A program made the position numbers and the translations under genes. The notes below the pieces were generated by a model. That model made no database searches. It saw only the letters and a list, made by a program, of their open reading frames with translations, and had not been told where the DNA came from. A stretch of 64,000 nt of DNA from Abditibacterium sp. (lineage in GTDB: Bacteria; Armatimonadota; Abditibacteriia; Abditibacteriales; Abditibacteriaceae). Below, piece by piece: positions 1-9,978 of the stretch. The stretch lies in assembly GCA_965246885.1 (NCBI GenBank), contig OZ251992.1, forward strand, positions 2,208,001-2,272,000, in the 5' to 3' direction. Positions within the stretch are counted from its first letter, which is position 1, and each line of letters starts with the position of its first letter.

Positions 1-2
1 TT

Positions 3-1796
3 CCGACTGCTCCTGAAGCCGCGCCCGAAGACAAGAAGGCGGCGCCGATTACGGTCGAGGTGGCGCGCGCGACACTGGGCCGGATTGAGACGACGGTCGC
101 GGCCAAAGGCACGCTTGTGGCGGCGCAAGGGAAAAGCGCGCGCGTGGCCGCGCTGTCGGCCAGTCGTTTGGCGCGGGTGCTGGTGTCCGAAGGGGATCGC
201 GTCCATGCTGGGCAGTTGGTGGCGCTGTTGGACAATCGGAGCAGCCAATCGGCGGCGAGGAGCGCGGCGGCGGCGTTGTCGGCGTCTTTGGCGGACGCTC
301 AGAGCGCTGAACTGGCAACGCGCGCGGCGCAGTCCGACCAAGCCAATGCGCTCCGAGCGGCGCGGCTGGGTTTGCAAAGCGCGCAAACGGAAAGGGACGG
401 AGCGATACGCGCGGCGGCGAACGCGTTGCGTGGAGCGGAAAGCGACGCGCGCAAAGCGGCAGTCGGCGCACGCGCCGGGGATGTCGCCGGTGCTCTGGCG
501 GCGGCGCGGCTGGCGCTCCGCTCGGCGCGCGTGGATAGGGGGGCAAGTGTGCGGGCCGCGCGTAATGCGCTCCAAAGCGCCCAAACCGACCTCGCGCGCC
601 TGCGGGCAGGCGCGCGACCGTTGGAATTACGGCAGAGTGAAGCCGCCGTCACCCAAGCGCAGGCCACGCGCGACCGCGCGGCGACCGAGGTGACGCGCTT
701 GCAGTTCCTGTATGAACGGGGCATCAAAGCGCGCCGCGATTTGGACGACGCCCAAACCGCGCTTCGCGTCGCGGACGCGAATCTGGCGAGCGCGCGCGCG
801 GCGTTGTCGCTTCTGCAAGCCGGGGCGCGAAGCGAGGATGTGCAGGCCGCGCTCTTGCGGGTCAGTGGCGCGCGCGAGGCACTCACGGCGGCGGCGCAAA
901 GTGGTGACGCGAAGGTTGCCGAAGCGACGGCAGCGCTCCGCTTAGCGCAAAACGGAGCGAGCCAAGCCGCTCAGTCGCGCCCGGAAGATGTGAGGTCGGC
1001 CACTCTGCGCGTGCAAGCGGCGCGCGAAGCCCTTGCCCAAGCGCAGTCGTCGGGAGCGTCTCGCGTCGAGTCGGCGCGCGCGGCTTTGGATGCGGCGCGG
1101 GCGAGCGCGATTCAAATTAACCTCAAAGCGCAGGACGCGCGCTCGAAGCGGGCATTAGCGAGTGGCAAAGCGGCGGATTTACGGAGCGCCGAAGTCGCGG
1201 CGGGCGTGGCGGAGCTACGCGCACCCTTGTCCGGCATCGTGGCGAAGCGCCTGCTCAACCCCGGTGACTTGGCCGACACGACCGCGCCCGTGCTGGAGAT
1301 TGCCGATACAAGCGAACTGAACCTGCTCGCCAACGTGTCGGGCGAAGCGGGCGCGCGCATCCAAGCCGGTCAAACGGCGCGCGTCACGCTCGCCGATGCG
1401 CGCGGGCGCACATGGACGGGCCGCGTGGTGAGCGTGGGGCAAATAGACCCGCAGACGAACTTGCTTGCTATTCGTATCGCGGTTCCCAACCCCGACGGCG
1501 CGCTGAAAATTGGCGCGTTTGCGAACGCGCGTATCGTGGTGGCGGCCAAGCCGCTCGCGGTGCAGGTGCCCGCGTCGGCGCTGCTTTCGCGCGACGGCAA
1601 AGCCCTTGTCCTCGTTGCCGGAAAGGACGGCAAAGCCCACGAGCGCCCCGTCGAGCCGGGGCAAGAGCAAGGCGGGCAACTAGAAATCAAGCGCGGCCTG
1701 CAACCGGGCGATGTGGTGATTCGCGCGAACAACTACCAGTTGGACGACGGCGCGGCCATCACTACCGGGGGCGCCCATGCCAAGGGAGCGGGCTAA
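3..1796 (+). CDS. RND efflux periplasmic adaptor (membrane fusion protein), 5'-partial
   Basis: Frame open from position 3. Lipoyl-like halves (VLVSEGDRVHAGQLVALLD ... LRAPLSGIV) flank a long Ala-rich coiled coil. Lies directly upstream of an RND permease. Confidence 0.9.
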   Translation, partial: PTAPEAAPEDKKAAPITVEVARATLGRIETTVAAKGTLVAAQGKSARVAALSASRLARVLVSEGDRVHAGQLVALLDNRSSQSAARSAAAALSASLADAQSAELATRAAQSDQANALRAARLGLQSAQTERDGAIRAAANALRGAESDARKAAVGARAGDVAGALAAARLALRSARVDRGASVRAARNALQSAQTDLARLRAGARPLELRQSEAAVTQAQATRDRAATEVTRLQFLYERGIKARRDLDDAQTALRVADANLASARAALSLLQAGARSEDVQAALLRVSGAREALTAAAQSGDAKVAEATAALRLAQNGASQAAQSRPEDVRSATLRVQAAREALAQAQSSGASRVESARAALDAARASAIQINLKAQDARSKRALASGKAADLRSAEVAAGVAELRAPLSGIVAKRLLNPGDLADTTAPVLEIADTSELNLLANVSGEAGARIQAGQTARVTLADARGRTWTGRVVSVGQIDPQTNLLAIRIAVPNPDGALKIGAFANARIVVAAKPLAVQVPASALLSRDGKALVLVAGKDGKAHERPVEPGQEQGGQLEIKRGLQPGDVVIRANNYQLDDGAAITTGGAHAKGAG

Positions 1797-1799
1797 GAG

Positions 1800-4700
1800 A
1801 TGAACCTTTCGGCTTGGATGTGGGTGCATCGCAAGGCGGCGGCGACGTTGCTGCTCATTCTGTGCTTGCTGGGCGGCTATTTCGCCCTCCACTTGCCAGT
1901 CGCCATCTTCCCGCAACTGACGGTGCCGCGCATCGTGGTGGCGGGCGAAGCGGGCGATATTCCCATCGAAACGACCGTGACGCAACTCACGCGCCCCTTG
2001 GAAGCGGCGGTTTCGACCGTGCCGGGGGTGACGAAGGTGCTTTCCACGACGAGCCGGGGCGCGGATGGGTTGGATGTTTCATTTGTATCGGGGACGGATA
2101 TGCAATTGGCGCTGGGCCGCGTGCAGGGCAAAATCTCGGAAGTGCGCGCTTCGCTCCCAACGGGCGCGAACGTGACGGCGGAAGTCATTAACCCGTCCAT
2201 CTTCCCCATCATGGGCTACAGCCTTAGCTCGAAGACGCGCGACCTTGCGGGTTTGCGCCGCTTGGCGGTCTATACGCTACGCCCCCGCTTGGCGCGCTTG
2301 CCGGGGGTGGCACAGATTCGCATCACGGGCGGCGACGTGCCGGAGTTCTTGGTGTCGGTGCGTCCTGCCGCGCTCGCGGCGCGCGGCTTGTCCTTGGGGG
2401 ATGTGCAAAGCGCGCTCGCGGCCTCGAACGCAATTGCCTCGGTGGGCAACTTCGACCGCGCTTACCAGCGCACGGAGATTTTTGTGTCGGGGTTGCTTCA
2501 CGATGAGAACGACTTGCGCCGCGTTACCATCGCCGCCAAAGGTGGCATCCCCGTTCTGCTATCCGATGTGGCGACCGTGTCGCGCTCGGTCGCGCCGCAG
2601 ACGATTCTGGCGACAGGCAACGGGCGCCCCGCCGTGATTCTCAACGTCATCAAGCAGCCCGACGCCAATACGGTGCAAGTCGCTTCCGAAGTGCGCGACG
2701 CGCTCGCGGCGCTGAGGTTGTCGCTTCCCGCCGATGTGACGACCTCCTTGTTTTACGACCAGTCCCAGATAGTCAGTGAGTCGGAAGCGAGCGTGATCGA
2801 GTCCATCGTCATCGGCGGCGTCCTCGCGCTGGTGGTCTTGATGCTGTTTCTGGGCAATGCGCGGGCGGCGAGCATCGTGCTGATTCTGCTGCCGATGAGT
2901 TTGCTCATCACTTTTGGCCTCATGAAGGCGCTCGGCCAAACGCTGAACATCATGACGCTGGGCGCCTTAGCGGTGGCGTTGGGGCTGGTGATAGACGACG
3001 GCATCGTGGTGGTCGAGAACATGGTGCACGAGTTGGAAGCGGGCCGCGCGCGGCCCGACGCGGTTGGCGCGGGGCTGGCCGCCATCACTCCGGCGATGAT
3101 TGGCTCGTCTCTGACGACGATGACCGCGTTCCTGCCACTCACGTTCTTAGGCGGGGTGACGGGCCAGTTCTTCGCGCCGCTCGCGCTCGTGATGATTGCG
3201 ACGCTGTTCGTGTCGCTGGCGTTGGCGCTCCTGCTTACGCCGCTCTTGGCGAGCGTCCTTCTGCCGCTTCACGCCGCGCACGCGGGGCAGGGAAGCAAAA
3301 TAGAGCGGGCGCTTCAGTTCTTTCCGTCGCTGTTCGACCGGCTCGCCATCCGCTACCGGCGCGCGTTCGAGTGGTGCCTGCGCCGTCCGCTTGTGGTGCT
3401 CCTCGCGCTCGTGCCAGTCGTGCTCGGTTCGTACTGGCTCGTGGGCCGCTTGCAAACGGGCTTCTTTCCGGAGTTCGACGAGGGCGCGTTCGTGATAGAT
3501 TACCGCTTGCCGTCGGGCACCTCGCTCGCCGAAACGGATGCCGTGTGTGGCAAGGTCGAGGCGTTGCTGGCCCACACGCCGGAAGTGGTGAGTTGGTCGC
3601 GCTTGACCGGAGCGCGTTCGGGGTCGGGGTTGGAACTGACGGAGCAGAACCAAGGCGATATTCTGGTGCGGTTGCGCCCCGACAAAAAGCGCGCGTCGGA
3701 TGAGGTCATGACCGACGTGCGCGGGCAAATCGAAGCGAGCCAGCCGAAGATGGAAGTGGACTTGATCCAGATCCTCCAAGACGGCATCGGCGACATCGCG
3801 GGGTCGCCCTCGCCCATCGAAGTCAAGATTTTCGGCGACAACCCCGCGACTCTCACCCGCTTGGCGCACAAGGCGGGCGCCATCGTAGCGAAGACGCCCG
3901 GCGTGGTGGACGAAAGCGACGGTATCATCCTGAGCGGCCCAGAGTTGGTCGTTCATGTGGATGGGCAACGCGCCGCGCGCGCCGGGTTGACGACGCAAGC
4001 CGTGACTGCCGCCGCCGAAGCCGCCTTGCGCGGCACGGTCGCAACGACCGTTCAGCAGGGCGAGGAAGGCGTGGCGGTTCGGGTGCGCGGCGCGCGCGAG
4101 AACACAGGACTCAGCGCCGATGCGCTTCCCGACGTACCTATTGCCTCTCCCGCACTTGCGGCGGCGAGTGGCAACACTGCGCTTCCCAACGGCGGGACGG
4201 TGCCACTCCGCAGCGTGGCGAATTTGGAATCCGCGCTCGGAACGCCGCTCATCACGCGCGAAGACCAAGCGCAGCGCGTCGCAGTGACGGCGCGCTTGGA
4301 AGGCGTGGACTTGGGAACGGGCGTGCGGACGGTGCGAAGCCGCTTAGAACGGGGGTTGAAGTTGCCGCCCGGTTATCGCATCGAATACGGCGGGCTGTAT
4401 GCGTCGCAGCAAGAGTCGTTCGCGCAGTTGGGAACGGTGCTGGGTCTGGCGTTCTTACTGGTAACGACACTACTGGTGATTCAGTTCCGCTCGTTCCGGC
4501 AGTCGCTCGCCCTCTTCATCGCGGCGATTTTGTCGCTGTTTGGGGTGCTGCTTGGGTTGTGGGTGACGAAGACGCCGCTCAACATCTCCAGTTTCACGGG
4601 CGCAATTATGATCGTCGGCATCGTGACCGAGAACGGCATCGTGCTGTTTGACTTTGTGAACCAACAGCGCAAAAAATACCCCGACCGGGCGCTCCTCGAA

Positions 4701-4931
4701 CTGGTCGCGGAGGCGGGGCAGTTGCGCTTGCGGCCGATTTTGATGACCACGCTCGCGGCGATTCTGGCGCTGTTTCCGCTTGCGCTCGGTCTGGGCGCGG
4801 GCGCCGCGATGCAAAAGCCGCTCGCCGTTGCCGTGATTGGCGGCTTGTCGGTTTCGACGCTATTTACCCTCGTCGTCGCGCCGGTTTTGTGGGTGTGGAG
4901 CGAAAGCTGGAAGCGCCCGAAGCCGGACTAA
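1800..4931 (+). CDS. RND efflux permease (AcrB/CzcA-type)
   Basis: 1043 aa with GLVIDDGIVVVEN, RLRPILMTT and PLAVAVIGGL motifs and two-fold TM architecture. Confidence 0.95.
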   Translation: MNLSAWMWVHRKAAATLLLILCLLGGYFALHLPVAIFPQLTVPRIVVAGEAGDIPIETTVTQLTRPLEAAVSTVPGVTKVLSTTSRGADGLDVSFVSGTDMQLALGRVQGKISEVRASLPTGANVTAEVINPSIFPIMGYSLSSKTRDLAGLRRLAVYTLRPRLARLPGVAQIRITGGDVPEFLVSVRPAALAARGLSLGDVQSALAASNAIASVGNFDRAYQRTEIFVSGLLHDENDLRRVTIAAKGGIPVLLSDVATVSRSVAPQTILATGNGRPAVILNVIKQPDANTVQVASEVRDALAALRLSLPADVTTSLFYDQSQIVSESEASVIESIVIGGVLALVVLMLFLGNARAASIVLILLPMSLLITFGLMKALGQTLNIMTLGALAVALGLVIDDGIVVVENMVHELEAGRARPDAVGAGLAAITPAMIGSSLTTMTAFLPLTFLGGVTGQFFAPLALVMIATLFVSLALALLLTPLLASVLLPLHAAHAGQGSKIERALQFFPSLFDRLAIRYRRAFEWCLRRPLVVLLALVPVVLGSYWLVGRLQTGFFPEFDEGAFVIDYRLPSGTSLAETDAVCGKVEALLAHTPEVVSWSRLTGARSGSGLELTEQNQGDILVRLRPDKKRASDEVMTDVRGQIEASQPKMEVDLIQILQDGIGDIAGSPSPIEVKIFGDNPATLTRLAHKAGAIVAKTPGVVDESDGIILSGPELVVHVDGQRAARAGLTTQAVTAAAEAALRGTVATTVQQGEEGVAVRVRGARENTGLSADALPDVPIASPALAAASGNTALPNGGTVPLRSVANLESALGTPLITREDQAQRVAVTARLEGVDLGTGVRTVRSRLERGLKLPPGYRIEYGGLYASQQESFAQLGTVLGLAFLLVTTLLVIQFRSFRQSLALFIAAILSLFGVLLGLWVTKTPLNISSFTGAIMIVGIVTENGIVLFDFVNQQRKKYPDRALLELVAEAGQLRLRPILMTTLAAILALFPLALGLGAGAAMQKPLAVAVIGGLSVSTLFTLVVAPVLWVWSESWKRPKPD

Positions 4932-4935
4932 GCGC

Positions 4936-4961
4936 AAAAGCCCGCCGTTGAGTGGCGGGCT
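4936..4961 (-). terminator. Intrinsic terminator after tRNA-Ser
   Basis: AGCCCGCC/GGCGGGCT stem with a U-tract on the minus strand, between convergent genes. Confidence 0.6.
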
Positions 4962-4973
4962 GTAATGGCTATC

Positions 4974-5058
4974 CAGAGCGAGAGGGATTCGAACCCCCGG
5001 AAGGTTGCCCTTCGACGGTTTTCAAGACCGTTGCCATAAACCACTCGGCCATCGCTCT
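4974..5058 (-). tRNA. tRNA-Ser(TGA)
   Basis: AGAGCGATGGCCGAGTGG...CTTGAAA anticodon loop, long variable arm, GGTTCGAATCC T-arm, G73. CCA not encoded. Confidence 0.95.
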
Positions 5059-5089
5059 ATGTTTTTATTTTAACCAACTGCGTCGGGGT

Positions 5090-5527
5090 TTAGCCGCGCC
5101 CTGTCGATCCGAAGCCGCCCTCGCCGCGCGCGCTGGTAGCCAACTCTTCCACTTCGTCCAGTTCCACGCGCTCGAAGCGGGCGAAGACCAGTTGCGCGAT
5201 GCGCTCGCCGCGCCGGATGGTGAACGGCTCGCGGCCTAAGTTGGTGAGGATAACGCCCACTTCGCCTCTGTAATCGGGGTCAATGGTTCCCGGCGCATTG
5301 AGGAGGGTGATGCCGTGACGTAGGGCCAAGCCGGAGCGCGGACGCAGTTGCGCTTCGATGCCGTCGGGCAACTCCAGCGCGAAGCCGGTGGCGACTAACA
5401 CGGTTTCTCCCGCTGCGACAATGTGCTCGCTCGCGGCGCGCACGTCCATTCCGGCGGCGCCAAGAGTGCCGTAGGCGGGTAACTCCAACCCCTCACTGCC
5501 CGCCAAGCGGCGGATGGCAACTCTCAC
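5090..5527 (-). CDS. dut: dUTP diphosphatase
   Basis: [28 protein letters not shown] and [10 protein letters not shown] motifs. Confidence 0.97.
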   Translation of the reverse strand: MRVAIRRLAGSEGLELPAYGTLGAAGMDVRAASEHIVAAGETVLVATGFALELPDGIEAQLRPRSGLALRHGITLLNAPGTIDPDYRGEVGVILTNLGREPFTIRRGERIAQLVFARFERVELDEVEELATSARGEGGFGSTGRG

Positions 5528-6108
5528 CCGTGCGCCGCTCCGACCAGTTCCGGCTTCGCTTCTTGTTGGAGCAGAACGGCGACTTGGGCTTGCAGCGACT
5601 GCCCTTTGCGCCCGCCCGTCACCTTCGATTCAAGGGCTTGGATGAGCGCCTGCTGTTCTTCGTCCGTGAGCGGCTGTTGCGCCTGTCCGCCGGAGATCAT
5701 TTTGCCAAAGCAGCGCGAGTTGGTGCGCCCGCAGATGGTCGAGATAATGGCTCCATTGTCGCGCCCATCCAACAGGGCGAGCGAAAAGGACAAGCCTCCG
5801 CTGACGTCGTCAAAGGCATCGTAGCGCACGAGGGCAAAGTGCTGGATGCAGCCCTCGAAGCGCGCCGCCATTTCCGCCACTTGCGCTGACAGAAGGCGGC
5901 TACTTTCGCGGGCGACGCGCGCATCTTCAAGAGTGCGCTCCAGCAACTCTTGCAGGTTCTCGTCTTGGGGGCCGGAAAAGAACTGGCGCAGCATCTTGGT
6001 TTGGCCCGCCAAGCGGCGGTTCATCCCGATTAAAAAGGCGCACTGGACGGCGACGCACGCTCCTAAACCAACGACTACAGCAGGTAACAACGATAAGGGC
6101 ACGGACAT
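5524..6108 (-). CDS. DUF4446-family membrane-anchored protein
   Basis: N-terminal TM, coiled coil, [21 protein letters not shown] motif. Stop overlaps the dut start. Confidence 0.8.
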   Translation of the reverse strand: MSVPLSLLPAVVVGLGACVAVQCAFLIGMNRRLAGQTKMLRQFFSGPQDENLQELLERTLEDARVARESSRLLSAQVAEMAARFEGCIQHFALVRYDAFDDVSGGLSFSLALLDGRDNGAIISTICGRTNSRCFGKMISGGQAQQPLTDEEQQALIQALESKVTGGRKGQSLQAQVAVLLQQEAKPELVGAAHG

Positions 6109-6136
6109 GAGCGCAGAGTGTAAACCGCCCGGAGCC

Positions 6137-6164
6137 AAAAAACCCGCCTTTGGGGGGCGGGTTT
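6137..6164 (-). terminator. Intrinsic terminator after secF
   Basis: AAACCCGCC/GGCGGGTTT stem with a U-run on the minus strand. Confidence 0.7.
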
Positions 6165-6171
6165 CCGCTTT

Positions 6172-7212
6172 TTATTTTGTCCGCTTCACGGCAGAAGAAC
6201 GCGGCGTCTCGCGGACGGAGACTTGCGACCTGTTGGCGCGCAGTTGGGCGGCCTTCTTTTCGTCGAATTGGTGCCACAAGACCAGCACCATCGAGGCGTT
6301 GAAGATGGACGAATACAACCCTGACGCGATGCCGACCAGCATGGCGAGGGTGAAGTTGTAAATGCTGGGGCCGCCGAAGAGGAGCAACACAAACAACATA
6401 ATTAGCACCGTCAGGCCGGTATTGATGGAGCGGCTCATCGTTTCGAGCAGAGAGTCGTTCACCACTTTGTTGAACGGCTCGCCGCGCCGCAAGCGCAGGT
6501 TTTCGCGCAAGCGGTCGAAGATGACAACGGAGTCGTTGATGGAGTAGCCGACGACGGTGAGGAGCGCCGCGATAAAGCCGCCGTCCACCTCGACGCTCGG
6601 CGAAATCTTCCCAATGAGCGCGAACAATCCGACCAGCACCAACACATCGTGCAAGAGGGCGACGATGCCTGCGACGGCATAGCGCAATCCGTCCCCGGCG
6701 AAGTTGTAGCGGATGTAAATCCACAGTGCGATGAGCGCCACACCAATCACCACGCCCTTGACCGCGTTGGCGCGCAGTTCGTCGCCAATGACCGCGCCGA
6801 CCTGCGCGCTGCCTTCTGGCTTAATGGTGGGCACGCCCAACACGGACGCGACGGTTTTGGACGCGATGCCCTCTTGCGCCTGCTTCTCGGACGACGTGAG
6901 CGCCGGGGTGTTGACGATCAAGTCCTGCCCGCCCGCGATTTGGGTGCGGGTGCCAATCAGCCCTTGCGAAGCCAAGCCCGCGTTTACCTTGCCAATGAGC
7001 GCCGCTTGCGCCGCGTCGTTGCCCACGCCCAGTGTCCCGCGCGCGGCTTCCGGGATGCGGTAGGTGAACTGCGAGCCGCCCCGAAAATCTATGCCCTCGT
7101 TGAGGCCAAACAGCGCGAGCGAAACGAGGCCCACGACAATCAGGGCGAGCGACAGGCCGAACCACAGCCACATCTTGCCGACTAAATCGATATTTTTACC
7201 GCGAAAATCCAT
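6172..7212 (-). CDS. secF: Protein translocase subunit SecF
   Basis: GIDFRGG, ALLHDV, GYSINDSVVIFDRLRE and RSINT motifs. Confidence 0.97.
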   Translation of the reverse strand: MDFRGKNIDLVGKMWLWFGLSLALIVVGLVSLALFGLNEGIDFRGGSQFTYRIPEAARGTLGVGNDAAQAALIGKVNAGLASQGLIGTRTQIAGGQDLIVNTPALTSSEKQAQEGIASKTVASVLGVPTIKPEGSAQVGAVIGDELRANAVKGVVIGVALIALWIYIRYNFAGDGLRYAVAGIVALLHDVLVLVGLFALIGKISPSVEVDGGFIAALLTVVGYSINDSVVIFDRLRENLRLRRGEPFNKVVNDSLLETMSRSINTGLTVLIMLFVLLLFGGPSIYNFTLAMLVGIASGLYSSIFNASMVLVLWHQFDEKKAAQLRANRSQVSVRETPRSSAVKRTK

Positions 7213-7218
7213 GATGAG

Positions 7219-9303
7219 TTAGCCCCGCTTAACCGCCGGGGTGGTGGGCGGCGCGGGGAGTTGGGCGGCCATGAGGCCGCGATGCGTTTCGCCAAAGCGC
7301 GCCACGCTCCACATAAAAAGGCGCGTGACCGAAATCGCCGAAAACAAGGAGAGCAAGACGCCCACGCCGAGCGTGAGGGCGAAGCCCTTCACCGGGCCGG
7401 TGCCGAACTGGAACAGGATGACGGCGGCGATGAGGGTAGTGACGTGCGAATCGAGGATGGCCGTCCACGCGCGGTTGAAAGCGGCGCGTAGCGCGGCGGA
7501 AAAGGTCGGCTGGATGGCCATCTCTTCTTTCAAACGCTCGAAAACGAGGATGTTGGTGTCCAGCGACATGGCGAGCGCGAGCAGAAAGCCCGCAATGCCG
7601 GGAAGCGTCAGAGTGCCGCCAATGAGAACGAACAGCGCGAGGTTCAGCACCATGTACACCGCGAGCGCGCAGTTCGCCAAGATACCCGGCAAGCGGTAGA
7701 AGACGACCATGAAGACGGCGACGGCGATGAGGCCGAGGAAGCCCGCGCGCAACGACTTGACGAGCGAGTCGTTGCCCAGCGTCGCCGACACGGTGCGGTT
7801 TTCGACGACATCAATGGGCGCCGGAAGCGCGCCGGAGTTGAGGAGCAGGGCGAAGCCGCGCGCTTCTTCCACGTCTTTGCTGCCCGAAATGATGCCGCTT
7901 CCATTAATGCGGTCGTTGACGACCGGAGCGGAAATGCAGCGTTCGTCCAAGAAAATGGGGATGCGCCCTTTTTGGGCGAGGGCACCCGTCACAGCGGCGA
8001 AGTTACGGCTACCGTCCCCCTGAAGTTCAAAGGCGACTGCCGGGTTGGAATGGTCATCGAAAGTGACTGTCGTAGTTGGCTTGACGTCTTGACCCGTCAC
8101 GACGGCTTGCGGCTCGCCGGTTTTGCTTAGGCCGAGTTGTCGAAGCAAGCGCCCCGACTCCGCTTCGCAGCGTTCGAGGGCTTCGGCGCCGGAAATCGGG
8201 CCGTTTTTGTCGGAGAAGATGGTGACGTGCGGGTCTGCTTTGTCGGCTTCGGCTTGTAAATCGGGGGGAAGCACGACAATGCGCATTTGCGCGGTTTGGC
8301 CAACGACGGCGACGGCTTTTTGCGGGTCGTTAACGCCGGGGAGTTGCACGATCACACGGTCGGGCGGCTGTGGTTGGATGACCGGCTCGGAAACGCCGAG
8401 CTTGTCCACGCGCGACCCCAGAATCTCGACGGTGCGCTTCAGCAGTTGCGTTGAGTAGTCCGCGCCAAAGCCCAACTTCTGTCCGGTGTCGGTTTGGGCG
8501 GCGTAGAACTGCGCGCGTCCGGGTGTGGCGGTGCCAACTGCCGCTTTGACGAGGGCATCGAGGGCGGCTTTTTGCGCGTCGAACTGGGTTTGGTCTTTGG
8601 CTTGCGTGCGGATCTCGAACTGGTTCTCGCTGCCCTTGGATTGGAGAAACGCGACATCCGTGCCGCGTAGTTCGAGATTGGGGGCCGTCGCCGCCAAGCC
8701 CGCGCGGACTTTGGCGAGGATGGCCTCGCGCTCCGTCGCCTTGGCGGGGGCTTGCGGCAAGCGATACGGGAACGCGGCGCGGCGGATTTGCAACACGAGG
8801 TTGACGCCGCCTTGCAAGTCGAGGCCGAGCTTGATGGCCGGAACCGTCTTGCCGTCGCGCTGGCGCGGCGGGAAGATGGCGGAGTCACCGAGCGCAAAGA
8901 GGGGTTTATCGCTCAGCCCCGCGACGGTTTGCGTCCACGACGGCGCGAGCGCCACGCCCTTGAACTTGGTGTTCAGCGCCGTCACGATTTTTTGCGCGCG
9001 GGCCTGCGCCGCGTCGCGCGTATCGCCGGGAGCGGGGTCGTTAATGGTCGCGGTTTTGCCATCGGCGCCGATGGTTAAGGCACCGGGAAGCGTCTGCCCC
9101 GGAAACGCTTTGAGGAGCGCGGCATCGGCTTCGTCGGCGGGCGTTTTGCCTTTGGCCACCAACTGAGCGAACGGGGTCGCCGACACGAGCGGCACTTGAA
9201 GCGCGCCCGATTGCGGCTTGGGGCCAATCGGGAAGAAGATCACCCCCAAAGAAACCAGCAGGAGCAGCAAAAGTGCAAGATATTGAACGGGACGGCTTTT
9301 CAT
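7219..9303 (-). CDS. secD: Protein translocase subunit SecD (extended periplasmic region)
   Basis: LGLDLQGG, LGVSEP, LNSGALP, LTLPGIAG and DTNILVFERLKEE motifs. Confidence 0.97.
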   Translation of the reverse strand: MKSRPVQYLALLLLLLVSLGVIFFPIGPKPQSGALQVPLVSATPFAQLVAKGKTPADEADAALLKAFPGQTLPGALTIGADGKTATINDPAPGDTRDAAQARAQKIVTALNTKFKGVALAPSWTQTVAGLSDKPLFALGDSAIFPPRQRDGKTVPAIKLGLDLQGGVNLVLQIRRAAFPYRLPQAPAKATEREAILAKVRAGLAATAPNLELRGTDVAFLQSKGSENQFEIRTQAKDQTQFDAQKAALDALVKAAVGTATPGRAQFYAAQTDTGQKLGFGADYSTQLLKRTVEILGSRVDKLGVSEPVIQPQPPDRVIVQLPGVNDPQKAVAVVGQTAQMRIVVLPPDLQAEADKADPHVTIFSDKNGPISGAEALERCEAESGRLLRQLGLSKTGEPQAVVTGQDVKPTTTVTFDDHSNPAVAFELQGDGSRNFAAVTGALAQKGRIPIFLDERCISAPVVNDRINGSGIISGSKDVEEARGFALLLNSGALPAPIDVVENRTVSATLGNDSLVKSLRAGFLGLIAVAVFMVVFYRLPGILANCALAVYMVLNLALFVLIGGTLTLPGIAGFLLALAMSLDTNILVFERLKEEMAIQPTFSAALRAAFNRAWTAILDSHVTTLIAAVILFQFGTGPVKGFALTLGVGVLLSLFSAISVTRLFMWSVARFGETHRGLMAAQLPAPPTTPAVKRG

Positions 9304-9369
9304 CGGAAGGCGGCGCAGGGCGCCGGAAAGAACTACTACACACGAACACGGCGGGGAAAGGCCCGAAAA

Positions 9370-9966
9370 TTATAGCCCCTTGAAGGCGCGGCGCGCAAAT
9401 AAGAGGAATGAAGGCGGGGCGAGCGGTGCCCCTTTCGCCGTCTCGAACCCCCCGCACAGCGCGCCGCCCATTGCCAAACACAGCGCCGCGCCCGTGAGCA
9501 GATACAACCGCGACGACGCTTCGCGCAGTGTCCACCAATACGGCACGACGACGACCGAGTGTCGCTTCGAGCCGACGCAATCCCAGAACAGGTGACTTCC
9601 CGTACCGATGGCGCTCCCCAACGCGAACTGGTAAAAGAGCGGCGACGCGAGACCCGGCCAGTGCCAGAGCGCGCCCACAAGGAGCGCCGGAAGCAGGGGC
9701 GAATGCGTCAGCCAGTTGCGGTGCGACGCCGGGCCAAGCAGCAGCACATCCCAGTCGGGGAGCGGGTAGTGCAGAAACTTCCACAGACCCCGCTTAGCCC
9801 ACCTGTCCGGCACCCAAAAGAACGCCGCCGACGACACCACAAGCGCAAAGCTAAACGCCGGAAACTGCAGGAAATAAAGCGGTTGTCCGTGTTGCCACGC
9901 GGCAAAAGCAACGGCAAAAGCCATCGCCGCCGCCATGTGCCACAACCCCGACCAGAAATAGCTCAT
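9370..9966 (-). CDS. Membrane protein, putative metal-binding (DUF2227/YdjM-like)
   Basis: Hydrophobic, with LPDWD, HRNWLTHS and SHLFWD motifs. Confidence 0.65.
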   Translation of the reverse strand: MSYFWSGLWHMAAAMAFAVAFAAWQHGQPLYFLQFPAFSFALVVSSAAFFWVPDRWAKRGLWKFLHYPLPDWDVLLLGPASHRNWLTHSPLLPALLVGALWHWPGLASPLFYQFALGSAIGTGSHLFWDCVGSKRHSVVVVPYWWTLREASSRLYLLTGAALCLAMGGALCGGFETAKGAPLAPPSFLLFARRAFKGL

Positions 9967-9978
9967 CTCCCGCGCCCC

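Noticed and set aside
4952..5239. 95-aa plus-strand ORF
   Set aside because: Antisense to tRNA-Ser and dut.
9304..9450. Arrest peptide upstream of secDF
   Set aside because: The upstream gene is a membrane hydrolase-like protein with LAPP but no RAPP/RGPP. A TATAAT over its stop suggests secD has its own promoter, and no SD hairpin was seen.
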